Shown: positions 19,313 through 28,080 of the stretch, piece by piece
Layout: every line of letters begins with the position of its first letter
Numbering within the stretch: position 1 is the stretch's first letter
Source: Vibrio alginolyticus NBRC 15630 = ATCC 17749
GTDB taxonomy: Bacteria; Pseudomonadota; Gammaproteobacteria; Enterobacterales; Vibrionaceae
Reading direction: 5' to 3'
Assembly (NCBI RefSeq): GCF_000354175.2
Contig: NC_022349.1
Span: 2,850,001-2,882,000 of the forward strand
DNA length: 32,000 nt
Position numbers and translations under genes: made by a program
The notes under the pieces: model-generated
What the model saw: the letters and a program-made list of their open reading frames with translations, nothing else
The model's database searches: none
What the model was told of the DNA's origin: nothing

Positions 19313-19498
19313 TTAGAGTTTAATGTCTTCCAAGTTATAATCGGTACAGACATCAAGTTCGCGCAGCTCTTTAAGCAAATTGCGTCTGTCGTTCATCTCT
19401 TCTATTTCACGCCACTTTCGCTTTACTGGTTTGGCACGAGATTTGGTTGTTGAGGTAGTATCCAGATTAAAAATGTCATCTAGTTGAAAGCCTTCCAT
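19313..19498 (-). CDS. small charged conserved hypothetical protein (DUF3545-like from memory)
   Basis: 61 aa, with an AAGGTGG SD 5-6 nt upstream and a terminator directly after the stop. It contains a KRKWREIEE motif that I associate with small Vibrio DUF3545 proteins, from recollection only. Confidence 0.55.
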   Translation of the reverse strand: MEGFQLDDIFNLDTTSTTKSRAKPVKRKWREIEEMNDRRNLLKELRELDVCTDYNLEDIKL

Positions 19499-20219
19499 AA
19501 GCCACCTTTACCTTTCTTAAGCTAAACTGTTGTAACCAGTCCTTGTGGAGTTTTTTAAGTACCACAATAGCCGTGAGAATAACCATGATATATTTCGCAT
19601 TTGTGTCGGTAGCATGACATTTTCGTGCAAAAATATTCTCAAAATCACACTTTTTATTGCAACTATGTGGATAAAAAATGCACAAACGATCTCAAGAAAA
19701 CGATTAAATAGAGAGATTTTCTATGTTAATTCGATTTGATGAATGGGTGCACTGCGCAAAGGTTAAAGTTGCATAAAATCAGTTTGATGAAATAGTGTTC
19801 AATTAGATGGTAAGTCACTAGCGTAAATTTATGTAACACCTTGTGAATACTAGCTTGTTCTTGTTTATACGGTTTACCATTCCATTTAATGAAGAATAAT
19901 TATTTATGTTGGCGTTTGGTAATTGAAATGTTGCGCAGTTTGAGTGTTAAGTCTTCTATTTATGTTATTTTTTGGTGACTTTATAGTGAAAAATAACAAT
20001 GTTATTCTTGTTGTTGCATATTGATTTTTGCGCTCCTAGGTTGCATTATCCGCCCGTCAAAAAATACGCTGGTACGTAAAATGGATGCATGAAGCGACGT
20101 TTACGATTCTAGATTGCCCATAAACATTACTTAAAAAGCTAAGCACACTTTGACACTTAGCAGGCAATTTGGTGGATGGCTAGGACGCATAGACTGGCGC
20201 AACTCACTTTGAGGTACAC

Positions 20220-21653
20220 ATGACAGACTTAATCAATTTGATGAACGATCTCCTCTGGGGCTCGATTCTGGTTTATCTTCTTGTTGGTGTTGGTATTTAC
20301 TTCACCGTTCGATTAGGGTTCATTCAGTTCCGCCATTTCGGCCACATGTTCTCTGTTCTTAAGAACAGCCGTAAAGCAGACAAAGCTGGTATTTCCTCTT
20401 TCCAAGCGCTTTGTACTAGTCTTGCTGCACGTGTTGGTACAGGTAACATGGCGGGCGTTGCAGTTGCATTGACTGCGGGTGGTCCTGGTGCGATCTTCTG
20501 GATGTGGCTGATTGCAATGCTTGGTATGGCAACATCGTTTGCTGAGAGCACACTGGCGCAGCTATACAAAACCAAAGATGATGATGGCAACTACCGTGGT
20601 GGCCCTGCCTACTACATGGAAAAAGGCCTGGGCATGCGTTGGATGGGCGTGTTGTTCTCAGTTTTCCTAATCATCGCTTTTGGTTTGGTATTCAACGCCG
20701 TACAAGCTAACTCAATTGCCAATGCAATGAGCAACGCATTTGGTTGGAATAATCTGTATGTCGGTATTGCCGTTGTTTTACTGTCTGCAATTGTTATTTT
20801 TGGTGGCATCAAGCGTATCGCAAGAGTTGCTGAGATGATCGTTCCGATCATGGCACTACTTTATCTAGCTCTAGCGCTGTTCATCATGTTCTCTAACCTA
20901 GAGAAATTACCTGATGTATTGATGCTTATCTTTAAGAGTGCATTTGGTCTGCAAGAAGCAGCAGCAGGTGGTCTTGGCTACGCAATTGCACAGGCAATGA
21001 TTAACGGTATCAAGCGCGGTCTATTCTCGAATGAAGCAGGTATGGGTTCTGCACCTAACGCGGCAGCTTCAGCAACACCTTACCCACCACACCCAGCGTC
21101 TCAAGGTTACGTACAGATGCTAGGCGTGTTCATGGATACGATCGTTATCTGTTCTGCAACAGTGGCTATCATCCTGATGTCTGGTGAGTATGTCGGTCAA
21201 GCAACAGAAGTGACGGGTATCGAGCTAACTCAGCGTGCATTGAGCTCACAAGTTGGCGATTGGGGCGGCATCTTTGTTGCTGTGGCAATCTTCTTCTTTG
21301 CGTTTACTTCAATCATTGCAAACTACTCGTACGCTGAAACGAACTTAATCTTCCTAGAGCACAATCATAAAGCGGGCTTAAGCATTTTCCGCGTTATTGT
21401 TCTTGGTATGGTGATGTTTGGTGCACTAGCTTCGTTACCAGTCGTATGGTCGCTTGCTGACGTCTCTATGGGTCTGATGGCGATAGTCAACTTGGTGGCG
21501 ATCATCTTGCTATCTGGCATCGTGATTAAACTGGCCAAAGATTACAATCGCCAGCTTGGTGAAGGCAAAGTGCCAACATTTGATGCGAATGATTTCCCAG
21601 AGCTGAAATCTCAGCTTGAAGAAGGCATTTGGTACAACGATAAAAAAGACTAA
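20220..21653 (+). CDS. yaaJ: alanine/glycine:cation symporter (AGCS family), YaaJ-like
   Basis: 477-aa polytopic protein. SFQALCTSLAARVGTGNMAGVAVALTAGGPGAIFWMW and FSNEAGMGSAPNAAA are collinear with E. coli YaaJ. It is adjacent to yaaA as in E. coli. Confidence 0.9.
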   Translation: MTDLINLMNDLLWGSILVYLLVGVGIYFTVRLGFIQFRHFGHMFSVLKNSRKADKAGISSFQALCTSLAARVGTGNMAGVAVALTAGGPGAIFWMWLIAMLGMATSFAESTLAQLYKTKDDDGNYRGGPAYYMEKGLGMRWMGVLFSVFLIIAFGLVFNAVQANSIANAMSNAFGWNNLYVGIAVVLLSAIVIFGGIKRIARVAEMIVPIMALLYLALALFIMFSNLEKLPDVLMLIFKSAFGLQEAAAGGLGYAIAQAMINGIKRGLFSNEAGMGSAPNAAASATPYPPHPASQGYVQMLGVFMDTIVICSATVAIILMSGEYVGQATEVTGIELTQRALSSQVGDWGGIFVAVAIFFFAFTSIIANYSYAETNLIFLEHNHKAGLSIFRVIVLGMVMFGALASLPVVWSLADVSMGLMAIVNLVAIILLSGIVIKLAKDYNRQLGEGKVPTFDANDFPELKSQLEEGIWYNDKKD

Positions 21654-21698
21654 GTGAGCTATCACTCATAGTTGAAAGCTATTAGTACGATGTAAAAA

Positions 21699-21726
21699 GC
21701 CATGCAGACAATGCATGGCTTTTTTT
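21699..21726 (+). terminator. symporter gene terminator
   Basis: GCCATGCA (21699-21706), loop GACAA, TGCATGGC (21712-21719), followed by TTTTTTT. Confidence 0.85.
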
Positions 21727-21763
21727 GTACCCTATTAAAAACAAAATTAGAGAAGGGAAAGTC

Positions 21764-22540
21764 ATGCTTATCGTAGTTTCTCCAGCGAAGACTCTTGATT
21801 ACGAGTCTCCGTTAGCGACAGAAAAATTTACTCAACCTGAGTTGGTCGAATACTCAAAAGAGCTTATCGATGTTTGCCGCAAACTGACTCCTGCTGATGT
21901 TGCCTCTTTAATGAAAGTGAGCGACAAGATTGCCGATTTAAATGTAGGTCGATTCCAAGAGTGGAGTGAAACGTTTACCACTGAAAACTCACGACAAGCC
22001 ATTCTTGCATTTAAAGGTGACGTTTACACAGGGCTAGACGCCGAAAGTTTATCTGAAGCGGACTTCGAATATGCTCAAGATCATCTGCGTATGCTATCGG
22101 GTCTTTATGGTTTACTAAAACCACTTGATTTGATGCAGCCATACCGTCTTGAAATGGGTACCAAGCTTGCAAACGACAAAGGTACGAACTTGTACCAGTT
22201 TTGGGGCAATGTTATTACGGACAAGCTTAACGAAGCGATTTCTGCTCAAGGTGATAATGTCCTTATCAACCTTGCATCAAATGAATACTTTAAAGCGGTT
22301 AAGCCAAAGAATTTAGATGCGCAAGTGATCACGCCAGTATTCAAAGATTGTAAGAATGGTCAATACAAGGTCATCAGTTTTTACGCGAAGAAAGCGCGCG
22401 GTATGATGGCGCGTTACATCATTGAAAACCGTGTTGAGAGCGTTGCAGACCTGACTAAGTTTGATACGGTGGGTTACTACTTTGTGGAAGATGAATCGAC
22501 GCCAACAGAGTTAGTATTTAAACGCGAAGAGCAAAAATAA
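21764..22540 (+). CDS. yaaA: peroxide stress protein YaaA (UPF0246)
   Basis: From the internal ATG at 21764 the product reads [16 protein letters not shown]..., with FKGDVYTGL and MQPYRLEMG collinear with E. coli YaaA. The track start at 21725 lies inside the upstream terminator. Confidence 0.9.
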   Translation: MLIVVSPAKTLDYESPLATEKFTQPELVEYSKELIDVCRKLTPADVASLMKVSDKIADLNVGRFQEWSETFTTENSRQAILAFKGDVYTGLDAESLSEADFEYAQDHLRMLSGLYGLLKPLDLMQPYRLEMGTKLANDKGTNLYQFWGNVITDKLNEAISAQGDNVLINLASNEYFKAVKPKNLDAQVITPVFKDCKNGQYKVISFYAKKARGMMARYIIENRVESVADLTKFDTVGYYFVEDESTPTELVFKREEQK

Positions 22541-22587
22541 AGCTGATTGAGACGTAGTCTACGTTAATCTCTATCAGCACAAACGAA

Positions 22588-22612
22588 AAAGGGTTGGCAT
22601 TGCCAACCCTTT
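22588..22612. terminator. bidirectional terminator (yaaA / srmB)
   Basis: AAAGGGTTGGCA (22588-22599) pairs with TGCCAACCCTTT (22601-22612), with A-rich and T-rich flanks. Confidence 0.75.
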
Positions 22613-22649
22613 GTTATTTTCTAGCTTGAGCTACTTGGCCCCAACAAGA

Positions 22650-23873
22650 TTACTTCTTCTTAGCGGTTTTCTTTTTCGCTACTTTTTTCTTGTCGTCTTT
22701 TTTCTTTTTCTTCTTAAACACAGGCTTTTTGTGTTTAGGACGCATCTCTTTCACGAAACGCTCTTTGATGTCTTCTTTCACATAACGTGCAACGCGATCC
22801 ATCATTGGTTGGTCGTGTGCTTCTACGATTGAGATAGCGTTACCTTTCTTACCTGCGCGAGCCGTACGGCCGATACGGTGAAGGTAAACATCAGCCGTGC
22901 GCGGCATGTCGTAGTTGATAACGTGTGATACATCCGGAAGATCGATACCACGCGCAGCAACGTCCGTCGCGAGCAGCACGTTCACAGTTCCATCGCGGAA
23001 GCGAGAAATCGCATTGTTACGACGATCTTGCGGCATTTCACCTTGAATCCAAGAACATGGAATCTGTGCACTTTCAAGCTGCGCTCGTAGCTCAGCCAAA
23101 CGCTCACGAGTCTTTAAAAAGACGATAGTGCGCTCAGCTTGCTGAGTAATAATGTGTTTTAGTAATTCCAGTTTGTGTTCAGCATCATCAGCTCGGTGGT
23201 ACCACTGAGCAATTTTCTTACGCTCACGCAGCGGCGATTTTGCATCGATCTCTGCTGGGTCATTCAACAGATCAGCGGTAAAGCCTTCTACGCCTTTCCC
23301 TTCTAACGTTGCTGAGAACAGAAGGGTTTGCTTACGCCAGCGACATTCGTTAGATAGGCGATCGACAGTAGGGGCAAAACCCATATCTAGCATACGGTCT
23401 GCTTCATCAAGGATTAACCATTCGATTGCACGACAATCAAAACGTTCTGCATCAATGTATTCTTTTAAACGGCCAGGTGTCGCAACCACAATGTCTTGTG
23501 TTGTTGCAAGGATGTCGGCGTGCTCTTGGTACTGAACACCACCAGTGATGGTGAAAATGTTGAGTTTGGTATTTTTTGCCAAAGCACGTGCTTGATCGGC
23601 AATTTGCATCGCCAGTTCGCGAGTAGGCGTTAGGATCAAAATACGCGCAGGCCCAGGCTTACGACGAGGGAAGTCTTGCAAGTATTGCAATGCTGGCAGG
23701 ACGAAGGCGGCCGTTTTACCAGTTCCTGTTGGCGCTGACGCTAGAATGTCACGACCGTCCAACGCTTGTGGAATCGCTTCTGCCTGAATTTTTGTTGGGC
23801 GTTCGTAACCCATCTCTTCAATGGCTTCAAGTAGGTTTTGGTCTAGATCAAGTTCAGCAAAGGTTCTGATCAC
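22650..23873 (-). CDS. srmB: DEAD-box ATP-dependent RNA helicase SrmB
   Basis: 407 aa with a GTG start and GGAGA 7 nt upstream. It has the Q motif, APTGTGKT, PTRELA, DEAD (LDEADRMLD), SAT and HRIGRTARAG, and is collinear with E. coli SrmB. It has a Lys-rich C-terminal tail and neighbours yfiC as in E. coli. Confidence 0.9.
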   Translation of the reverse strand: MIRTFAELDLDQNLLEAIEEMGYERPTKIQAEAIPQALDGRDILASAPTGTGKTAAFVLPALQYLQDFPRRKPGPARILILTPTRELAMQIADQARALAKNTKLNIFTITGGVQYQEHADILATTQDIVVATPGRLKEYIDAERFDCRAIEWLILDEADRMLDMGFAPTVDRLSNECRWRKQTLLFSATLEGKGVEGFTADLLNDPAEIDAKSPLRERKKIAQWYHRADDAEHKLELLKHIITQQAERTIVFLKTRERLAELRAQLESAQIPCSWIQGEMPQDRRNNAISRFRDGTVNVLLATDVAARGIDLPDVSHVINYDMPRTADVYLHRIGRTARAGKKGNAISIVEAHDQPMMDRVARYVKEDIKERFVKEMRPKHKKPVFKKKKKKDDKKKVAKKKTAKKK

Positions 23874-23980
23874 AATGAGTTCTCCACAAGCAAAGCTTGG
23901 TTAATGGTTCGCCACAACAGCATAGAATACAAAAAGGTCGCACATTATAAAGTGATTGGTGATAAGGATCACATGTTATT

Positions 23981-24700
23981 TCACATCTTAAGATAAAACT
24001 CGCGAGTTAACTGGATGAAATCATCACTATAGCGGTCATTTGAACGGATAATTAAATGTGACGTTTGCGAATCGCAAGGTCGTTTTGACAGTTCAAATAA
24101 CAATCGGTGTACTGGTTTCTTTTCTGATGGTTGCACACGACAGATCCTCGATAGATACCAACCTTGGTTTAATGCTAGCTCAATGAACTGCTCGCCTTCG
24201 GTGATTGGCAACACAAAACTAGCCCTCCCTTCGTCATCAAGCAAATGATAGCAACGCTGCAGCAATACGTTATGGCCTAGCGTATCTGTGTGCCTCGCGG
24301 TTGCACGTTGACTGTGTTTCGATTGCTCGCCGCTGTTGAAGTAGGGCGGGTTACAAATGATGCGTTGGAATGGATGTGTCGGCGTAAAGTGCAGTATGTC
24401 GGTGTGATGCACACTTACACGATCTGACCAAGGAGACTGGGCTATATTTTTTTGCGCGGCAGCAACTGCTGTTAGTTCGATATCGACCGCGGTTATTTGA
24501 GCTTCTGTAAAGCGTTGAGCACACATTAGGGCAAGCAGGCCAGTGCCAGTGCCAATATCGAGAATTTTAGCGTCGTTAGGGCTTTGAATCCAAGCACCAA
24601 GCATTACCCCATCTGTGCTGACTGGCATACCACTCTCGCCGCCCTCAATACAAAATTGCTTAAAATTGAAGCCTTTAGTTTTCAGTTTTTTGTTCTTCAT
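23981..24700 (-). CDS. trmN6: tRNA1(Val) (adenine37-N6)-methyltransferase
   Basis: GFNFKQF...VSTDGVMLGAW, the SAM motif ILDIGTGTGLL and the catalytic NPPYF. I preferred the ATG at 24700 over the TTG at 24721 used by the track. Confidence 0.85.
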   Translation of the reverse strand: MKNKKLKTKGFNFKQFCIEGGESGMPVSTDGVMLGAWIQSPNDAKILDIGTGTGLLALMCAQRFTEAQITAVDIELTAVAAAQKNIAQSPWSDRVSVHHTDILHFTPTHPFQRIICNPPYFNSGEQSKHSQRATARHTDTLGHNVLLQRCYHLLDDEGRASFVLPITEGEQFIELALNQGWYLSRICRVQPSEKKPVHRLLFELSKRPCDSQTSHLIIRSNDRYSDDFIQLTREFYLKM

Positions 24701-24701
24701 G

Positions 24702-24800
24702 ATTGTTTTATATTTGCTCAATAATTAAGTAGATTGCTCTATTGTTTATTAATTGTATAGATTGTTGTTTTGTTGGTTATTAAATTGTATTGTTAATTGA
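24702..24800 (+). repeat. cluster of same-orientation ATTGT pentamers in the trmN6-brnQ intergenic region
   Basis: ATTGT occurs at 24702, 24741, 24752, 24761, 24784 and 24789. ATTGC occurs at 24733 and ATTGA at 24796. All were read directly. Confidence 0.8.
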
Positions 24801-25030
24801 TCGAGATAAAGAACTGGTCTGTTATTTGGATCTGGTTATATCCACTGCTTTTAAGTTTGAAAACTAAATTAATATGGTGTTTTTTTCTTAAAGGTTGCCA
24901 AATGATGAGTCTTTCGTCATTATGCGGCGAAAATTTTATAGATTGAACCACGTGTACTTATTGACTTTAGGTATACAAAAAGTGGTCTAAGCATACACAA
25001 CATTCATTAATTAAAAGACAAGGGTTATCT

Positions 25031-26341
25031 GTGAAGCAGACGTTAAAACTAACAGATATTATCGCAGTAGGCTTTATGCTATTTGCGTTCTTTTTAGGTG
25101 CGGGCAATATTATCTTTCCACCTCTAGCGGGTCAGTTAGCGGGTGAAAACTTAATGCCAGCTATGTTTGGTTTCTTGCTAACAGCGGTAGGTCTACCTCT
25201 TATTACTATCGTTGCTATTGCTGTTGCTGGTGGTTCTTGGGATCACTTGACGCAAGATCTTCCGAAAAAAGCGGCAGTTCTTATGGCTGCACTGATTTTC
25301 ATCATCATTGGTCCTGCGTTTGCAGCGCCTCGTACTGGCCTAGTGGCTTACGAGATGGCGGTGAAACCTTTCTTCCTTGAGGCGTCACAAACGCATCTGA
25401 CAGCGTTCTCAGTGATCTTCTTTATCGCAGCGATGATGTTCTCATGGTTCCAAGGCCGTTTGATCGATCTTATCGGTAAAGTACTGACACCAGCATTGTT
25501 CGTTGGTTTGATCATTCTTGCTGTCGCTGTCTTCCTTGATCCTCAGGGCGATATGATTGGCGCGCACGGTGAATACCTAACGCAGCCTCTGACCAAAGGC
25601 TTCTTAGAAGGCTACAACACAATGGATACGTTCGCGTCATTGATGTTTGGTATGCTGATGGTTGATGCACTGCGCGGCAAAGGCATTACTGAGCGCTCTG
25701 CTACTACTAAATATCTGATCTATGCAGGTTGTATTGCTGCTGCTGGTCTTGCGTTTGTTTACATCTCACTATTTTACTTAGGTGCGACGAGTGCAACTGT
25801 TGCTGCTGGTGCTGATAATGGCGGCCTAGTGCTTAGCCAATACGTTCAAGCGTTGTTTGGTCCATACGGTCAAATCGTTCTGTCTGTCATCGTATTGCTA
25901 GCGTGTCTGACAACCGCGATTGGCTTGATTTCTGCGTGTTCAGATTTCTTCAGCTCGAAAACACCACTGTCATACAAGCAATGGGTACTGATTAATGGTT
26001 CTGTTTGTGCATTGGTTGCAAACGTTGGTCTTGCGCAGCTGATTTCTCTGTCAGTGCCAGTATTGTTTGCGCTGTACCCTGTGGCGATTGCGTTGGTTGC
26101 ACTAACATTTGTGCGCAGCAAACTGCCGAATCCACGCTTTGCTTACCGTGCAGTACTGCTTGTATCTCTACTGTTTGCGTTGGTTGATGCGGCAAAAGTA
26201 TCGGGTATTGATGTTTCTGCGTTTAACATGTTGCCACTATTCGAAGTCGGCATGGGTTGGGTGCTTCCAACATTTGCGGCTATCGTGTGCATGTTCTTCA
26301 TCGCGAAACCTCGCCCAGAGCTAGCACAAGAAACCGCGTAA
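25031..26341 (+). CDS. brnQ: branched-chain amino acid transport system II carrier
   Basis: 436 aa with a GTG start and the LIVCS family N-terminus GFMLFAFFLGAGNIIFPPLAGQ. About 12 hydrophobic segments. Confidence 0.9.
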   Translation: MKQTLKLTDIIAVGFMLFAFFLGAGNIIFPPLAGQLAGENLMPAMFGFLLTAVGLPLITIVAIAVAGGSWDHLTQDLPKKAAVLMAALIFIIIGPAFAAPRTGLVAYEMAVKPFFLEASQTHLTAFSVIFFIAAMMFSWFQGRLIDLIGKVLTPALFVGLIILAVAVFLDPQGDMIGAHGEYLTQPLTKGFLEGYNTMDTFASLMFGMLMVDALRGKGITERSATTKYLIYAGCIAAAGLAFVYISLFYLGATSATVAAGADNGGLVLSQYVQALFGPYGQIVLSVIVLLACLTTAIGLISACSDFFSSKTPLSYKQWVLINGSVCALVANVGLAQLISLSVPVLFALYPVAIALVALTFVRSKLPNPRFAYRAVLLVSLLFALVDAAKVSGIDVSAFNMLPLFEVGMGWVLPTFAAIVCMFFIAKPRPELAQETA

Positions 26342-26364
26342 TCACTTCGCGTTATCAAGATAAT

Positions 26365-26398
26365 AAAAAGCCCGATGAATTACTTCATCGGGCTTTTT
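26365..26398. terminator. bidirectional terminator (brnQ / fldB)
   Basis: AAAAAGCCCGATGAA (26365-26379), loop TTAC, TTCATCGGGCTTTTT (26384-26398). Confidence 0.85.
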
Positions 26399-26427
26399 AC
26401 TTTTTTAATGATTACGTGTTTGCGCTA

Positions 26428-26946
26428 TCAAAGCGTGTCGTGGAATTCCACAAGAACTTGTTCACACCATTTTTCGATGCGTTCATCACTCAGTTCGTAC
26501 TGTGAGTCTTCATCTAACGCAAGTCCAACAAACTTGCTGCCATCTTCGATCAATGCTTTCGATGCTTCAAATTCGTAGCCTTCATTTGGCCAGTAACCGA
26601 TAAAGGTTGCGCCTGTGGCTTGTAATTCATCGTGAAGTAAGCCCATCGCATCTAAATACCACTCTCCGTAACCTTCTTGGTCACCCAGACCAAACAGCGC
26701 TACAACTTTGCCTTTCAGTGGCGTGGTCGCGATGTCTTGCCAAATCGCGTTCCAATCTTCTTGAATTTCACCAAAATCCCAAGTTGAGATGCCAAGGAGT
26801 AATAAGTCGTAGTCCGCCATTAGTGATAACGGTGTCTCTTTCACATTGTGAATGTCGACAAGGTCTTCACCAATAAGGGTACGAATTTTCTCTGCTGCCA
26901 TTTCGGTGTAGCAGGTCGTTGAGCCGTAAAAGAGTCCGATTTTCAT
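26428..26946 (-). CDS. fldB: flavodoxin 2
   Basis: 172 aa. [22 protein letters not shown] and [13 protein letters not shown] closely match E. coli FldB rather than FldA. It is adjacent to xerD as in E. coli. Confidence 0.9.
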   Translation of the reverse strand: MKIGLFYGSTTCYTEMAAEKIRTLIGEDLVDIHNVKETPLSLMADYDLLLLGISTWDFGEIQEDWNAIWQDIATTPLKGKVVALFGLGDQEGYGEWYLDAMGLLHDELQATGATFIGYWPNEGYEFEASKALIEDGSKFVGLALDEDSQYELSDERIEKWCEQVLVEFHDTL

Positions 26947-27071
26947 TATATTCGTCGTTATTTGTGTTGCTGTTGTGGAAGATTCTAACCATAAATTGAG
27001 GAAGATTGCAGCGAATATCCTATGTGGGATGATTTTTTATGGTATTGGATTGGCAGGTGCTTTAATCTAAA

Positions 27072-27091
27072 TACTGTAAATATAAACAGAT
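27072..27091. promoter_or_regulatory. LexA (SOS) box-like palindrome TACTGTAAATATAAACAGAT
   Basis: CTGT (27074-27077), an 8-nt spacer, then ACAG (27086-27089). It matches TACTGTATATATATACAGTA at 16/20 positions and ends 12 nt before the xerD ATG. Confidence 0.55.
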
Positions 27092-27103
27092 AAGGAAGCA
27101 TTC

Positions 27104-28021
27104 ATGACGGCACAACAGCCTGTCAATCAACAAGATTTTTCGCTTGTTGAGCAATTCTTAGATGCGATGTGGATGGAGCGTGGCCTATCAGAGAACACGT
27201 TGGCTTCCTACCGAAACGATTTAATGAAGCTGCTCGTGTGGATGGAAAAACATCGATACCGTCTTGATTTTATCAGTTTGTCTGGCTTGCAAGAATATCA
27301 AAGCCACCTTGTAGACTTAGATTACAAACAGACGTCCCGTGCGCGTATGTTGTCGGCTATTCGTCGTTTATTTCAATACCTGCATCGTGAGAAGGTGCGT
27401 GCTGATGACCCGAGTGCGCTTTTGGTTAGTCCTAAACTGCCACAACGTTTACCCAAAGATATTAGTGAAGAGCAAGTGGACGCGTTGCTCGAAGCGCCAG
27501 ACCCGAATGACCCTATAGAATTGCGCGATAAAGCGATGCTAGAGCTACTCTACGCGACAGGGTTGCGTGTGACAGAGCTCGTCAGTTTGACCATGGAAAA
27601 TGTTAGCTTGCGCCAAGGGGTGGTGCGCGTGACTGGTAAAGGTGGTAAAGAACGCCTGGTTCCTATGGGGGAAAACGCGGTCGATTGGATCGAGACGTTC
27701 ATTCAACAAGGGCGTCCTGCGTTACTTGGTGATACATCATCTGATATTGTTTTTCCTAGTAAACGCGCAAGACAGATGACTCGTCAGACGTTTTGGCACC
27801 GTATTAAGTACTATGCTTTGATAGCAGGGATTGATACTGATCAGCTGTCGCCGCACGTACTGCGTCATGCCTTTGCCACGCATTTATTGAACTATGGCGC
27901 AGATCTCAGGGTCGTACAGATGCTTTTAGGACATAGTGACTTATCGACCACGCAAATTTATACTCACGTGGCGACTGAACGATTGAAGCAGATCCACAGT
28001 CAACACCACCCAAGAGCATAA
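27104..28021 (+). CDS. xerD: site-specific tyrosine recombinase XerD
   Basis: 305 aa containing FLDAMWMERGLSENTLASYRNDL, ATGLRVTELV, HVLRHAFATHLL and LGHSDLSTTQIYTHV (R-H-R-Y catalytic residues). Confidence 0.95.
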   Translation: MTAQQPVNQQDFSLVEQFLDAMWMERGLSENTLASYRNDLMKLLVWMEKHRYRLDFISLSGLQEYQSHLVDLDYKQTSRARMLSAIRRLFQYLHREKVRADDPSALLVSPKLPQRLPKDISEEQVDALLEAPDPNDPIELRDKAMLELLYATGLRVTELVSLTMENVSLRQGVVRVTGKGGKERLVPMGENAVDWIETFIQQGRPALLGDTSSDIVFPSKRARQMTRQTFWHRIKYYALIAGIDTDQLSPHVLRHAFATHLLNYGADLRVVQMLLGHSDLSTTQIYTHVATERLKQIHSQHHPRA

Positions 28022-28080
28022 CAATGGTTAGATTCATCCATGTCTTCTTGGAAAAACGATTTTACATTAAGGTGAATTTC

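Noticed and set aside
19666-19674. Perfect DnaA box TGTGGATAA as a sign of an origin or a DARS/datA-like locus
   Set aside because: It is a single isolated 9-mer, with about 0.2-0.3 expected by chance in 32 kb on both strands. There is no cluster of boxes, no AT-rich 13-mers and no GATC enrichment nearby. It is mentioned only as part of the long intergenic region.
19900-20219. Glycine riboswitch upstream of the alanine/glycine symporter
   Set aside because: The conserved cores expected from the glycine aptamer (GGAGAG, ACCGAAGGGGCAA, CTCAGGCAAAAGGAC-like) are not present on either strand.
22611-22832. Track ORF 22611-22832 (+), and the Lys-rich tail of SrmB as something unusual
   Set aside because: The plus-strand ORF is the antisense reading of the poly-Lys coding region, giving Phe/Leu-rich low complexity. 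A basic C-terminal tail is normal for SrmB-type DEAD-box helicases, including the one in E. coli.
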